From Zygophlyctis sp. KS116 (lineage: Eukaryota > Fungi > Chytridiomycota): DNA of 32,000 bases. Below the pieces are notes generated by a model. The model had not been told where the DNA came from. It was given only the letters and a program-made list of their open reading frames with translations, and searched no databases. This document shows, piece after piece, positions 9,901 through 23,045 of the stretch. Within the stretch, counting starts at the first letter, position 1. Each line of letters begins with the position of its first letter. The stretch is from contig BAAFSQ010000094.1 in the NCBI GenBank assembly GCA_054661495.1, positions 3,053 through 35,052 of the forward strand, given 5' to 3'. Both the position numbers and the translations under genes were made by a program.

Positions 9901-12900
9901 TCTGCCTTGTAACAAAATATAATTGAAATTCATCATTGACTTCAACCACTTTATCCCCAAACTGCACCATACTTCTGGTTCCAAAAGAGGAAAATGATTT
10001 TCGAATTATAGGATACATTATTGGATCAATAGATTCCACTTCGTCCACGATGATTAATTTCCCAAATCGGACTGCAAGTTCTATCGATCGCATTAAGTTA
10101 TCATCAGATTGTTTAACAATTTCAGGTTTTTGATCTTTGAAATGATTTTTGAGAAACGCCGGCACTCGTCCAGAAGGGTCAATTATGATTGGAGTTAACA
10201 TGATATTTTTTATAATAATAGCGTTTTGCACCGAAAGTTCGTCAGAAGGTAATCCTTCATTTTTCCACTTATAAACTTCTTCTTCCGATGATACGATGCT
10301 CTTCAAATCAAACGAACTTGATGATCCTGTCAAATCTAGCCATTGTTTTAAGCTTACAATCCTTTGATTTTCTGAGCAGGCCCCTAAATACGTCACAAAA
10401 GCAGAAGACATTAGAACTGAGCCGGGCAGCTGCTCCAAACGCATATTGAGTGCAGATATTTGCTTTCTCCATCGATCATTTTCTAAACTAAGCTTTTCTA
10501 ACAAGAGTTTGGATGAATTAAGAGTAAATATTGTTTTTTCTAATGTATTCTTCAATGCTTCTGCTTCACCCGTTTTTGTGCCAAAGTCCATTCTCAACTG
10601 TTCTACCTTGCTATCTACAGTTGCTAATTCAGATCGCAAATTACTAACCCGATTTCGTGAAGAATTCAGAGTATTAGACAGATATTTGAGATTGTTTTCT
10701 AATGGAGTTATTTTTTCGGCTACCTTTGAAAAAGCGATGTTTGCTTTAACCCACTCAGCCAAAGGGGCAGCACAAACTGATGCTCTTTTAATTACCGAAG
10801 GTTCAAATGATTCCGCCTTTTCACGTAATATACTTTCTACTGATTCACTTATTGTAAAAATTGCATTTAAAAATACCGTATAGCTTTTGTGATATTTCGA
10901 GCGTTAAAATTTAGAATTTCTTCCTTTACCGTTCTTTGTCCTAAGAAGACCTTCATGCTATTCCAGCTAACGTCTAAAATTCCCATCAACCGTAAAACAC
11001 CTTCCAGCACATCTCTCACAGCGGTGGGAGGTGCTCTTAATGAGCGAATCTCTGATAAGTTTTCTGACCTAATATCTCCAACTGCATCCTTTGCAGCCAT
11101 TAACAATGGTTCCACATCAGCTAATTCTGTTTCTATTTTTTGTTTTTCTGCTAATATTTTTTCTTCTTCTCTGCCCAATTGAGCGGTTAACGTTTCTATT
11201 TCTTTTTTTTGTTCTGCAGCTCGAACCAAACTTTCGGTAATTTCTTTTAAAGCCAAATCAGCCTGACTTTGTTTTTGTATGAGCTCATGCCGCTGAACTT
11301 CAGCACTTTCAGATAATTTATCTACATATTCAAAAGATTGTTGAAGCTTTACAACCCCACCTTCTAAATATGATTTACGGGTCAGAATTCTATGTTCAAT
11401 AGTTGAATACATGGACGCATAATTTGTCAGAAACTGTTTTAATGATTGAGGAGTAGCAAAATTCTTCTTTTGAATATCATGGATCAGCAAAATATTTTTG
11501 CAAATGCCAGTTTTGATACTTTCACTTATATCCACAGGTTTAATCATTTCACTAACTATGACCCTTTCCGCCTCAGGATTCCAATCATCTTTCCAGATCA
11601 TTTGACACTGGGAATACAATGCTGGGTTAGACTGACAGTTAGAAAGAAATCTTTCATTGCCGACGTCCATAATGACTGAAATGTGAAGATTCGTTTTAAT
11701 TCGTGAAATGAAAAATTCATGGATTGTCCCTATAAACCCACTGGCCGAATAATCATCTTTGATTGATGAATATACACTTTCTAGCTCTTCATTTGAAAAA
11801 AGATCTGAGATTTCACCACTGCACAAAACGCTATTAATGCTTTCTAAAACTAAATCATCGTATACATGCTGCTCTTCAATTATTAATAAACACGAATCAT
11901 TCGATAATCCAGCAGAAGATATAACTGATTTCAGATCTGCATAAAATGTCTTTTTACTGAATGTTTTGATAACAGAGGGTATAAAAACCGTAAGTCTCAG
12001 ATACGACGCAATAAATTTAACTAGATCTAGCATGGGAATTCCTGGACGCTTTGCCAATAGTATAGATCCTCCAGGTTGTATTAAAATACGTTCAATTGAG
12101 GTAATCAAACATAGCAATTCACTGAAAATAATTACATCCAACTTTCGTGTCTCCCTTTCATATATATGAATTTCTTTCATTACCAAATTGGTACACTCTT
12201 CACTTGTGATTTTCGATAGTTTATTTGATTTATCGGGTGTACTGAACGCTTTGTAAACAAATGCATCTTTAAAATCAAATGTATGGTTCCAATCCTGCTG
12301 AAACACATTTGATATTATTGTTTGAAACTCAAGCAGGGATTTCCTGTCCACTAAACGGTCTCCAAAAATTCGTAGCAGCTCGTTTCCTATGATATCAAGA
12401 AGATATGAGGAAGATCTCCCATTATAATCATAGTATGCCAAGCATTTGAGAATCCGTGAAATATCTCTAGGATTAAATTTATAATGAGGCTGGATATCCG
12501 GATTAAACTTTACAGTAGCTCTATCAAAAACTTCAATAATAGTCTTTGCAAGCTGCTGGATTTTGTTTCGATCTTTCCATCTTACATCAGAAGAGATACT
12601 TTGTTTTCGGAAATTCTCTAGCTGTAGTGATAGAATTGAAATTCTTTGATCTTTGCTAGAATATGAAAAGTAACATTGGCGTATGACCGAAAAAAATCTT
12701 GCAGATATAACATGCCTTCCCGGGTTTGATGATGGACTCATAGTTGTAATAATTTGAATTTTTTGTACGCCAATCCAATCAAGATTATGATCGTAAAATC
12801 CTTTGTAGGTGAGTAATTGAATAAGAAATTGAATCAATTCCACAGTATCATATCTATATTTCATATAAATTCAAAAAAAATACTTGTCGGGTTTTGGTAG

Positions 12901-15900
12901 ATTCAAATCCTTAAGGAAAATAACCAATGTTCCACCATTCTTTGGCTTTAGAACCTTTCCGTAATTAGTTTGTGAAACCATGCAAATGCTGTACAGCCTT
13001 CTCAGTATGTCAATCGATTTGGTTTGAGCAGAGCAATAAATAGTGATGATATTTCTAATATTTGCTTTAGAAAAGCAATGCTGTACCAGTGCAAGTTTAC
13101 CAACACCCTCTGGTCCGATCAATGCAAACGAATCACCCGAACGCAGCCAAGACTGAGCTATTTCTACAACCGATTTAACATCAGGGGTTTCAATAAAAGT
13201 ACCGCCTCGTTGTTCATCATCTGTAGGCTGGTTGCAAGAATATTGTTGGATACATTTTTGATTGATGTCATAGTATATTCCACCTATGCTGGAAATACTG
13301 ACATTTGATAAATCTGCGACTTTACTTGCCAGGGCTATATAGCACTTAGAATCCAAAACTACTCCGACAGACCGAACCAATCTGACGGCAAAATCTTCTT
13401 TGCAAATTGCATCACTGCAATGTGTTAGAATATTTTCCGCCAATGCAAGCTTACTCATCATACACATAAAATTTCCATTTTGAAAAGTCCACGAGATGAG
13501 TGGAAGCACCAAATCATTAACCCAGTCCACGAACAAGCCAGAACTATGCGTTTTACGATTTACCCAGCTATCACAAAATATTTTATAATCTAAAATGTCA
13601 TCAGGCAAATAAATCATTCCCATTCGGCTAACAGTCGCCGGAGAGGCAAATTTTAAATCATGGGTTTCAAAAATAAAGTTAACATTAAGCCCAAATTGAA
13701 TTCTTTCCCCATTAGGCATAGTAAGAAGTCTGTTATCATCCAAGACAGAATTTAAAGATTCAATCCATTCAGGATCGACATCTCCATCACAAATTATCCA
13801 GCTATGAATGGAACTTGATTCTTTGACGACCTGTCTAGATGCACTTGTTATAATTCCATCAGTCCACTCGCGTGTATCGATATCCATGTTACCTAAGAGT
13901 GTTTTCTTATCTACTGATTTTGGATTGATAACATAGGATCTTAAATCCCTTCCCATGATTTGCAAAGCCTTACAAAGTATCTTCCAAACCGAAGATTTTC
14001 CTGATCCTGCGGGACCAACAATTACCACCCCCATTCTTTGTCTGCAGGCCTCATAAAACTGGACTACCTTATCTGACTGTTCTTTAGAGAAAATCAGGCC
14101 AAGTTCAATATATGCGCGTTTAATAGAATCCAAGAGAGCTTCATTCATTAGCAACTCTTGAGAAACATTCATGAAAACATCCTTCAAAAGTAATAAGTAC
14201 CGCTGTGAGTCGAGATTTGTCAATTTAGAAATGGTGCTTACGATCAGCGATTTTACAAGAATTATTGGCTCTCTTTCTGTGACAAAATAACCTGATGCCT
14301 TTTCTTCATTAAGCAGCTGCCCAGCCATGCCTAATGCTGCTTTCATAGGACGCAAACCCCAATCATAGTGTTGCTGCGCTGACATCAGCTCTTTGCTAAG
14401 ATTATAGACGGAAACAACCTTTCGGCCTAAAGACTGTGCATCTTTAAATCCTTCAGAAAACAGTATAGTAGAGGCTATCATTTCATTATCAGGATGTGTC
14501 ATGGCGATAGCTCTAAAGAGCTGCTTTAAATTATCTGGCAATTTTTGGCGACCGCCGTATCCTTTCCCAGCTGGATTTAATGTAACAAATATCCCAGAAT
14601 TCAGATTTAATGGTACATTACGATCCAGAAGAGTGACATGTGGATGCTTGAGTTTCAGGGCAGATTGAATAAGTTGTATTTGCTGTGAGACAGATGAAAG
14701 CACTACATCCTCTAGTCTGTTGAATTCGTCAAAACATCCCCAAGCTCCACATTTGACCAATCCGGTGAAAATTCGGCCCATACTTTTGTAATCTATTCCT
14801 TCGTCACAGTTGAAGACTAATGTCTGTCTACCAAGTAAAAGTCCAAGAGCTTTTACAGACTCCGTTTTGCCTTTTGTTTAAATTATAAAAAAGTACCCGT
14901 CCCTGCAGGACCTAGAGGATTTCCACCAAACCCAGATGACATGGCTTGAGTAAGTGTTAAAAAACATTTGTCAGTTAGGGGGGTATGCACCAGTCGCGAA
15001 TAATTCCCCTGATATTCATAAGAATAACTGAATTCAGCATCGTTCATTTTAACGGTGCATTCTTTTCCAGAGACCATGTAAAAACGTAACTGCTTTTGCC
15101 AGAGCCAATCCGAAATCGATGATGTGTGAGCTTTTCTTAAATCTTTTACAATGCTAATAAAATGGACAGTAATTAAAATCAAAGATTTAATTTTCAACTC
15201 CATCACAACTCCAATTTTTTGTTCGGTTGAAGACTTCAGAGCAGTATATTGTTCCAACTGAGAATTCAGCGATTTCTCTAAATCAATCAAATCACCTTTC
15301 TTTGTAAGAATAGATTCGACCTGTTCAGTAAAGTGAATAGCACTTATGACATCCACAATTTGTTGAGGGGCGGTCAAGAAGTCCATTTTAACTAAAGAGT
15401 CGATTAAAAGATTTTTTAGAGTTGCCCTCATTTCGGAATCAAAATCATCTAACCATAACTCTACTGATTCAACAATTTTAACTGGATTCCTTAATTTAAC
15501 CTCTTCGCCGTGCAAACTCAGCATTGATACAATATGAGACATTTCTTGGTCGAATTTCACAGTATGAACTCCTCCAAATAATTTTTTTAGATGTGATTGA
15601 ATAACTTGAGGGTTTTTCGACTGTCCCAATATTTCAAGTAAATCATCATCTCCTATAAAGTAAAATCGTCCAAATCGGTCTCTCTTTTGTTGCATGAAAT
15701 CATTTAAGGCTTTTTGACATCTATCTAACTGTTCTATCAGGTCCGGAAGAATTCTATCAATCGCTGATATATCTGCCAAAGCAATAACTAGATTATTTTC
15801 ATGAATCTGAAACATTATTTCTTTGTAGTTTGAGTCTATTTTTGAAAACCTGGCTTGATCATTAGGCAATGAACCACGGCTAAATAGAGGCTCCAAATAT

Positions 15901-18900
15901 AACCATTTTCTTTGTATGATATTTAAGTTTTTTAGAGACTCTTCAATTAAAGCTAACTTTACTTCCCAGGCACTAGCTCTGTCTGCAAACCGTTTATAAT
16001 ACAAAGAATCTTTAATTGATTGAATTAAAGACTGATGGTCACCGATCTGATTGAACACATCCTTCCATTCTTTGATCAAATACATATGTTCACTGTTACC
16101 AGTTTGATACGGAATCAATGAAAAACGCTGGGAAGCACCCCAAATATCCAGATCTTGAATAGCTTCACGAAGAGAGACTTCACCTTGTGCACGTGCATTG
16201 AGTGCCCTGATACTCTCGGAATATTCTACAATTCGATTGGAAACGCTTATGATATGTTTCACTGTTAATGTAGCTACCGTGACATCTGATTGTATTCCTA
16301 CAATATGAAAAAACTCTGACCAGTGCTCAGCTGCCCATACACCGCCCTTTAGAAACTTCAGAGTTGGCAAAAGTTTTGAGTAAGAATCAAGCTGTTTTTT
16401 AACAAGGACTGACATTCCGTCTACTTTTCTTTTGTGAAAATTATCAGTCCATTTGGAAACAAGGTCCTCAAACACATATCCTCTAACGCTAAAAGATATC
16501 CAATCTTCGTCCAATAGCGTATCGAAATCCGCTACAAATTCTTCACAAAGTGACCACATGTCCCTAAATAAGGCAATATCTTTCTTAAGTTCTATTAAGT
16601 TGGGGAATTCAGGTGTAGCAACATTGAAAACATGGCTATCTGTTAGAATTTGGTTTCCAACTCGTTCAATTTCATTAAGTTCAACGTCCCTTTCTTTTAT
16701 AAAGTTCAGTGACTTAAGAGCACAATTCAAACTATCAAGCGCATCTACTTTTGGTTTAAGCTGATTCCATCTATTGGAAAATTTGTCCAGATCGGCGTTA
16801 AAAGTTAATACTCTACTCGAAAAAGCATTTCTAAGCACATCTAATTGCTCAGCCATCATCAATTCATGACTTTCAAGTATAATTTCTAGCTTGCTCCACT
16901 GAGACTGAACAATAGTCACATCGATGCCAGCGCCCGATACCGTTTTAAGAAACTTATTGTTTGCCTCCACTTCTTCATAATCGACTTTCAAAAAGGCTTT
17001 ATCAGCGATAAGTTTTTTTTGCTTTTGAGCGGCCAATGTAATATCTTCCATAGATTGAGCTTTAAAAGACAATATTTCTGTTGCATTACTAATAAACTCT
17101 TCAATTTTAGATAATTTTATGGAAAGGGATGACCTTATAGCCAAGATAATAGAATCATACAAGTTTTGTAACTGGTCCTCAATGGAGGAACGAAGTCCTG
17201 AAGTGGAAATACAGATACAGCCTATGCGGATCATCTGAGGTATTGATTCGACCTCTTTACCTTTTTGCTTCAATATTTTCAAATTAAGTTCCCAATCAGC
17301 TATACATTTGAGATTTTCAGAAACTACGGTTTCCAAATTAACGCATCCAAGAACTACCCAATCCTCAAAAACATCTACTACCTTCAGCAAATCATCAAAT
17401 ATCTTTTCCGATCGTGAGTAAACATTGAGCAATGATGATGAACAATTGCTAATTAAGCTTAAAAATATTTTAGAGTCGCCTAAAGTCTTAAATCCAATTG
17501 GCAGATTAATGAATTTCTTGATTTCTCTATAATATTTTGCACGAATTTCTTCAAAAGGCGGGCGAAATTGAAGGCTTTGATTTTTGTAGACTAAATCTAT
17601 TTTGATTTCAGGTAAATTAGCATGCAGATTTTCCAATCCTAGCTTATATTGAAATTGAAATGCTTTGAAAATTTGAACGTCAATATGATTTCTCCAAGCA
17701 ATAGTACTGTCTAGAGAAATCCCATGTTCCTGTACAGACAAGACAATTGTCCTTATTGAATCTAAAGTCTCCTTCCATTTCGATTGATTTTTGATTAAAT
17801 CTGTGGATATGAGCGATTGAACATGGTCCAAAATATTTTCATGCATTTTTCGAAGATATCGATTTTGAGATGTCAGCTTATCGGCAGTATTTTGAAGTTG
17901 AATAAGATGTTTCTCATCCTTCTTTCCTGTATCTTTTATTAGTTTCTCAAACTGAACAGCAGATCCCAGCATCATTGGCTGCTGAAATACCAACATTTGA
18001 GAGTCTATTCCATTATAGAAATGTGCAATCTGTTTCAACGCAACACTCTTATGATAAAACTTTTGAGCTGTATAGCTCGCCTTTTTGATTTCATCTGGAA
18101 CAGCTAGACCTAGGGCTAGAAGCTGCCGCACTTCACGAGCAACGGATATTAAATGATCATCGTAGTTGACAGACAGTTTACCAGCATTGAAGAAAAATTG
18201 CAAAATAGATTCTTCAGTTTGAGAAGATATACCATTCAACATATCGTCTTGGCGAATGGATTCCACCCAATCATCCAAGCGATCTTTTTCATAAACTGCT
18301 ATAGAACTCTTCAATTCAGTACAAAATTCAGCTGCTTTGCTGCCGTTGTTACTCCTTGAGAAAATTCGATCAAGTATTACTCCAAATTCTTTAATCTAAT
18401 ATTAATTTATTAGATATGGTTACCTTTGAAAGTTGCAATCTGCACCATTGAATATCTTTAACATAAGTTTTAGAAGAAATCTTCAAATTAAATCATTAAA
18501 AAATCACATTTGAAGATTTTTCATCGTATTGTGAATTGATAAGTTTCAAATAATCAATCATCTGTGCTAAAATTGATTCCTTTTCAGAGCCTAATTGTTT
18601 ATATAAATAGAAAGACAATACTAAAACGGTTGCCAGATTTCTCTTCAGAAATAAATTCACTAAATTTTATAGCATCCCTCATAAGCTGAGTTGGTTGGGC
18701 CTGCAAAGAACTGAATAAAGACTTGATTTTAGCGATTGCTGTTTCTTCAACAGCTTTAAGATTCTTTTGATAAGTCAGGATACATGCCTTCTGTTTAATT
18801 TTAGGAAAATAATACATCAAGTTCTTTCTGATTCACAGGGTCTGTTTCTAAATATCTTTTTGATTCGAATATCTCTAAAGTCTTTAAAGACGAAAAATCG

Positions 18901-20064
18901 CCTTGCTCTTCCAGTGAAAGTAGAGAAATAAGAAGATTGTGCCGTTCTCTAATATTCCATATCAAGCGCAACCTTTCCAAAAAATCGGAAAAACAAGCGG
19001 AAGAAAACTTGTCATTTTTCCATTTACGGCTTGAATTTCTCCAAAGTTTGTCTGTAAGAAATTCGAATGACTTCTTTAAACGTTCTAGAACTTCCATACA
19101 GCATAATATTTCATCTTTAATCTACTTTTTAGACTTTTAAGAGATACATTTTCAAAAGAATTCGTTAGTATATTCAATGGCATCAGTTTACTTTTTATAA
19201 AGAGAACCATCTGATTTACAATCACATTCATTAATCTTCTTATCCTTATTTCCGGATATTCTTCAACTTTTTGCCTAATTGTATTAGTTAACACTATTAC
19301 CATAAATCATCCAAAAGATCATGAGCTAAATCAACAATCTCCAGTAAAAAAGAACAAGGCTTTGCACTTCAATGTCATGTAAATAAAAGTACTCTATATA
19401 TTCTATAGATTCAACCAGTTTTTCCATTGCCTTGATGACCTTGCGTGCTAGATTCATACTATCAGTATTCTTTAAAGATTCAGTTTTCCAATAGTTAAAT
19501 TCTTCCTTTACAGTTGCTATATTAATCCCTTATTTAAGATTTGAAAATAAATACCAGAATTATCCTTATTCATTCTCTCAAGAGAAACGGTTGTAAGTAA
19601 TTCATTATCTAGAGCTCCTACCAACTGTCTTACTTTAGAGTCTAAACCTTTTGGCCTAAATTTGAATTATATGAAGATAATACTTGTTTAGTATGGGATG
19701 ATATATATTATGAATAGTAGAATATAATGACTCCACTGTCGATTTACCCAATGAAACTACAGACCAAAGGCCTTGCGCCTGTTTATAAAATACAATGCAC
19801 CCATCAAAACCATCAACATCCAATTTACTTTTCCACGCCAAATGTTTGTTCTATTATTAGAGAAAAACTAGTTAGTACCAATGACACCAGAAATATAGGC
19901 TCTTCATGCGAAGCGTTTTGAGCAAAAGCTATTAATTCAGGCGCATTGATAAGCTCAGACACACTTTTGACAGTTTCTGTAGGGAAATGATGCAAGACGC
20001 ATTTCTCTATCCAATCTCGGTCCATTTCTGAAGTTGTTTGCGTCACGAAGTCGTAATCGGACAT
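6997..20064 (-). CDS. DYNC2H1: Cytoplasmic dynein-2 heavy chain (retrograde IFT motor); 19 exons, 4191 aa
   Basis: 18 introns: 19851-19878, 19656-19683, 19529-19554, 19367-19392, 19275-19300, 19122-19147, 18791-18815, 18591-18621, 18481-18507, 18396-18423, 14871-14896, 12854-12883, 10848-10876, 7957-7984, 7842-7869 (GC-AG), 7732-7757, 7377-7403, 7153-7179. Spliced length is 12576 nt = 4192 codons. AAA1 GPAGTGKTE, 'GAWGCFDEFNRL', dynein-2-typical 'NPAGKGYGGRQKLPDNLKQLFR' and 'LSEIRSLRAPP', AAA2 GPAGSGKS, AAA3 GPEGVGK. Confidence 0.96.
7842..7869 (-). other. 28-nt GC-AG intron in DYNC2H1
   Basis: AAG|gcatgcatgtggttactaatctgaatag|GTC. The GC donor restores the frame, while the internal GT options (20 and 17 nt) lead to a stop. 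A TACTAAT branch-site-like motif is present. Confidence 0.8.
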
Positions 20065-20229
20065 TCGCTATCAGCAATCGACACTTAAAATCATAACACA
20101 CATATCATAACATTCATTTAAAAAATAGCAATTGACAGGTAATCATGCATCATAATGAAATGTTGTCGGCATCTGAAACCATCCAAAAGTCCAAAATCCC
20201 ATAAAGTTAAGGTAAAAGCAAAAATATCA

Positions 20230-21505
20230 ATGCAAGTAATTCCATTATTGTCAGCTAATTTAAAAGGTCAATTCGACAAGAGGATCAAAGATTTATGGGA
20301 TTAATAAGCAAAGTAGAATATGGAAGCCGATAATCCTGGGAAATCATCAGTTATCTCATCGGATATTCATGGCTCCATTGACCAGATTTCGGTCTCCAGG
20401 TGGATTTCCAACAGATATGGGGATACAATATTATAATCAACGCTCTACAAAGGGTGGTTTAATAGTTTCAGAAGCTACTTTTATTGCTCAAGAGGCAGGG
20501 GGATATGAAAATGCTCCAGGAATTTGGAGTTTGAAACATGTCGAATGTTGGAAACCGATTACAAAGGCTGTTCATGATAAAGAAGGAATAATTTATTGTC
20601 AATTGTGGGCTCTTGGGCGTGTCAATCCAGGAAAAGATCTAAAATGTCCAATGATTGTTGGACCTTCGGCAATACCGGCTCCGGTTGATACTCGGCCGGA
20701 TGTTACAATTAATGAAAGATTGGTTCCAAAGGTTATGTCGATTCAAGACATTCAAAGATATATTGGTCATTATAAGAATGCTGCTAAATTTGCTATTGAG
20801 GCAGGATTTGATGGTTGTGAATTACATGGAGCTAATGGATATATTTTAGATCAATTTTTGCACCAAGAATCAAACAAAAGAGATGATGAATATGGTGGGT
20901 CAGTTGAAAATCGTGCTAGATTCATGTTGGAAGCGTTAGATGCAGTCGCTAATGAAATTGGTCAGGAAAGAACGGCTATAAGACTGTCGCCTTTTTCTAT
21001 TTTTCAGTTTAATGGATTAGAGACTGATCCTTTTGAGACATGGGGGTACGTTTGCCGTGAAATTAAGAAGCGTTTTCCGAAATTAGCTTATGTTTCTTTA
21101 GTTGATCCTCGTTTAGAGACTCAGGCTAATCCTGAACTAAAAAAGGAATATTCTGCAGACTATTTTAGAGCAATTTTCCGGGATATGGATCCAGAAACTG
21201 TTAACAGACTTGAATCAGTTGAAGGTATACGCTTTCCAGATCCGGACTCGGAAAATCCGACAGTGGTTATTTCTGCTGGTGGATTTACTCCTAGTGATGC
21301 AGAAGAAAAGGGAGATTTGACTGGCGGGATGGTTGGATATGGTCGCATTTTTATTTCTAATCCTGATTTGGTTCACCGGATTAAAAATGGTCTGGTTCTA
21401 AATGCCTATAATCGTCATACTTTTTATACTCCTGAAAATGAAGGATATAATGACTATCTGCTTGCAAATGATGAAACACCAAAGTTTATTCCGTCAAATC
21501 TTTAG
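20230..21505 (+). CDS. Old Yellow Enzyme family NADH:flavin oxidoreductase; 2 exons, 414 aa
   Basis: Homology extends upstream of the ORF-track ATG ('WKPIILGNHQLSHRIFMAPLTR'). The frame is opened by ATG CAA (20230-20235) plus intron 20236-20266. Motifs 'YYNQRS', 'ELHGANGYILDQF', 'RDDEYGGSVENRARF', 'GRIFISNPDLV'. C-terminus is SNL. Confidence 0.92.
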
Positions 21506-21517
21506 GAAGTTTATAAA

Positions 21518-23011
21518 TCAGTCCATTTTACTGATTTCTTGAATAATTCCAATTGCTTGAGTTGAAGCCATGATTTGCCCATGATGAAAATTAGACACAT
21601 ACATGACCTTGCGTGAACTATCTTGATGAATTGTAAGATAGTTTAATATGTTTTGTGAATTTATAATATCATCCTTTCCGGCGAGAAAAATTACACAATT
21701 TTTTGGGAGTTGATGTGTAAAGTATGTATTTTGAAACCATACAAAATACCTATGAAGAAATGTAGCAATCCCTGCCTCGGACATTCCAACAAACTTTATG
21801 AAAGCTTCGTTCAAGGTCCTTGGAGACCGATAAAGAGCATTGAATGCGGTATGATGGGCCCATAAATTAAAACATATAGGATCAATAAAAATTCTACCAT
21901 GAACCATTTCAGGGAAAAATAAATCCATCCATCTAACAAGAGCTGTACCAATTGAATGTCCGGCGACAATGCATTTGCTTATTTTAAGTCCTTTGAGACA
22001 TTCCATGACATGTGTAGCATATTCCTGGGGCAAAAGATGATTATCCTCCCAAATCATAGAGATAGAAGGCATCTCGAATAATAATATTGGCCGATTCGGT
22101 TGATTAATAATGAGACTTAAAATAAAAGGAATGTATGTAATTAGTCCTAAAATAAATATTTAGTAAATTACCAATCCCCAAACCATGAAAGAAAACAAGT
22201 GGAATTTGTTTGGGGTCCTCCACTTTTCTATAAAAAAATGGGCATGCCAATCCTTGAATAAACTAAATAAATTTGTACCTTGATACTTTTGAAATCCCAT
22301 ACCAGAAAGAATAATCCATGCAGAATAATTAGCAATTCTAACTGCAGAATAATGAATTAAAGGCTTATGATATATAGTTACCGGATCCCTAGTTAAAACA
22401 ATCTTTGATAAAGGAATAACATTCCCTTCATTTTTGAATTTCATGCCAACTTTTTCTTCAAAAGATTCAATCCATCTAGATATAAGAGCGCTCTCATGTG
22501 CATTAGTTTTATCATAAAAACTATTCCAAAAAGTACCGGCCAACCAATCCGCAACATCCCTACGAGAAATACTTTCAACTGGCGCATTAAAAAACCACCC
22601 AGATAGAAAATTAGCATGTGATTCATTATCATAAATCATTTCCTTCATGCATGATTCAAACTCATCATCAGAAATTTTGGGCAAATGATCAGAATTTACA
22701 CTTTTAAATATTCGATACTAGAGTTAAAATTACAGCAAAAGTACCTTTATGCTTTGGTAAACTAAGAATATTGCCTCTGCAATCATCCATACATCAAACC
22801 ATTTCAAATAAACATTAATTCCATAGAACCATGAATACATCAAGTTAAGTGCCACAAAAATTGTCACAATCCACATGGAAGAGAAGAACAGCACGATTCC
22901 AATTCCAATTGTTTTCTTTGTTATTCCAATGAGTTTTCTAGTGGCTCTAAGGACAAATGCACCCTCAAATGGCTCTAGTTTTGTTAATGGGGACATAAAA
23001 GATCGACGCAT
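21518..23011 (-). CDS. Membrane-anchored alpha/beta hydrolase; 4 exons, 471 aa
   Basis: Introns 22718-22744, 22253-22278, 22147-22171. N-terminal hydrophobic helices, oxyanion 'VFFHGLGIG', nucleophile 'GHSIGT', Asp 'GKDDII', His 'FHHGQ'. Confidence 0.87.
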
Positions 23012-23045
23012 GACCGTGCATAGGTGAAAGAATTAAAAGATTCTA

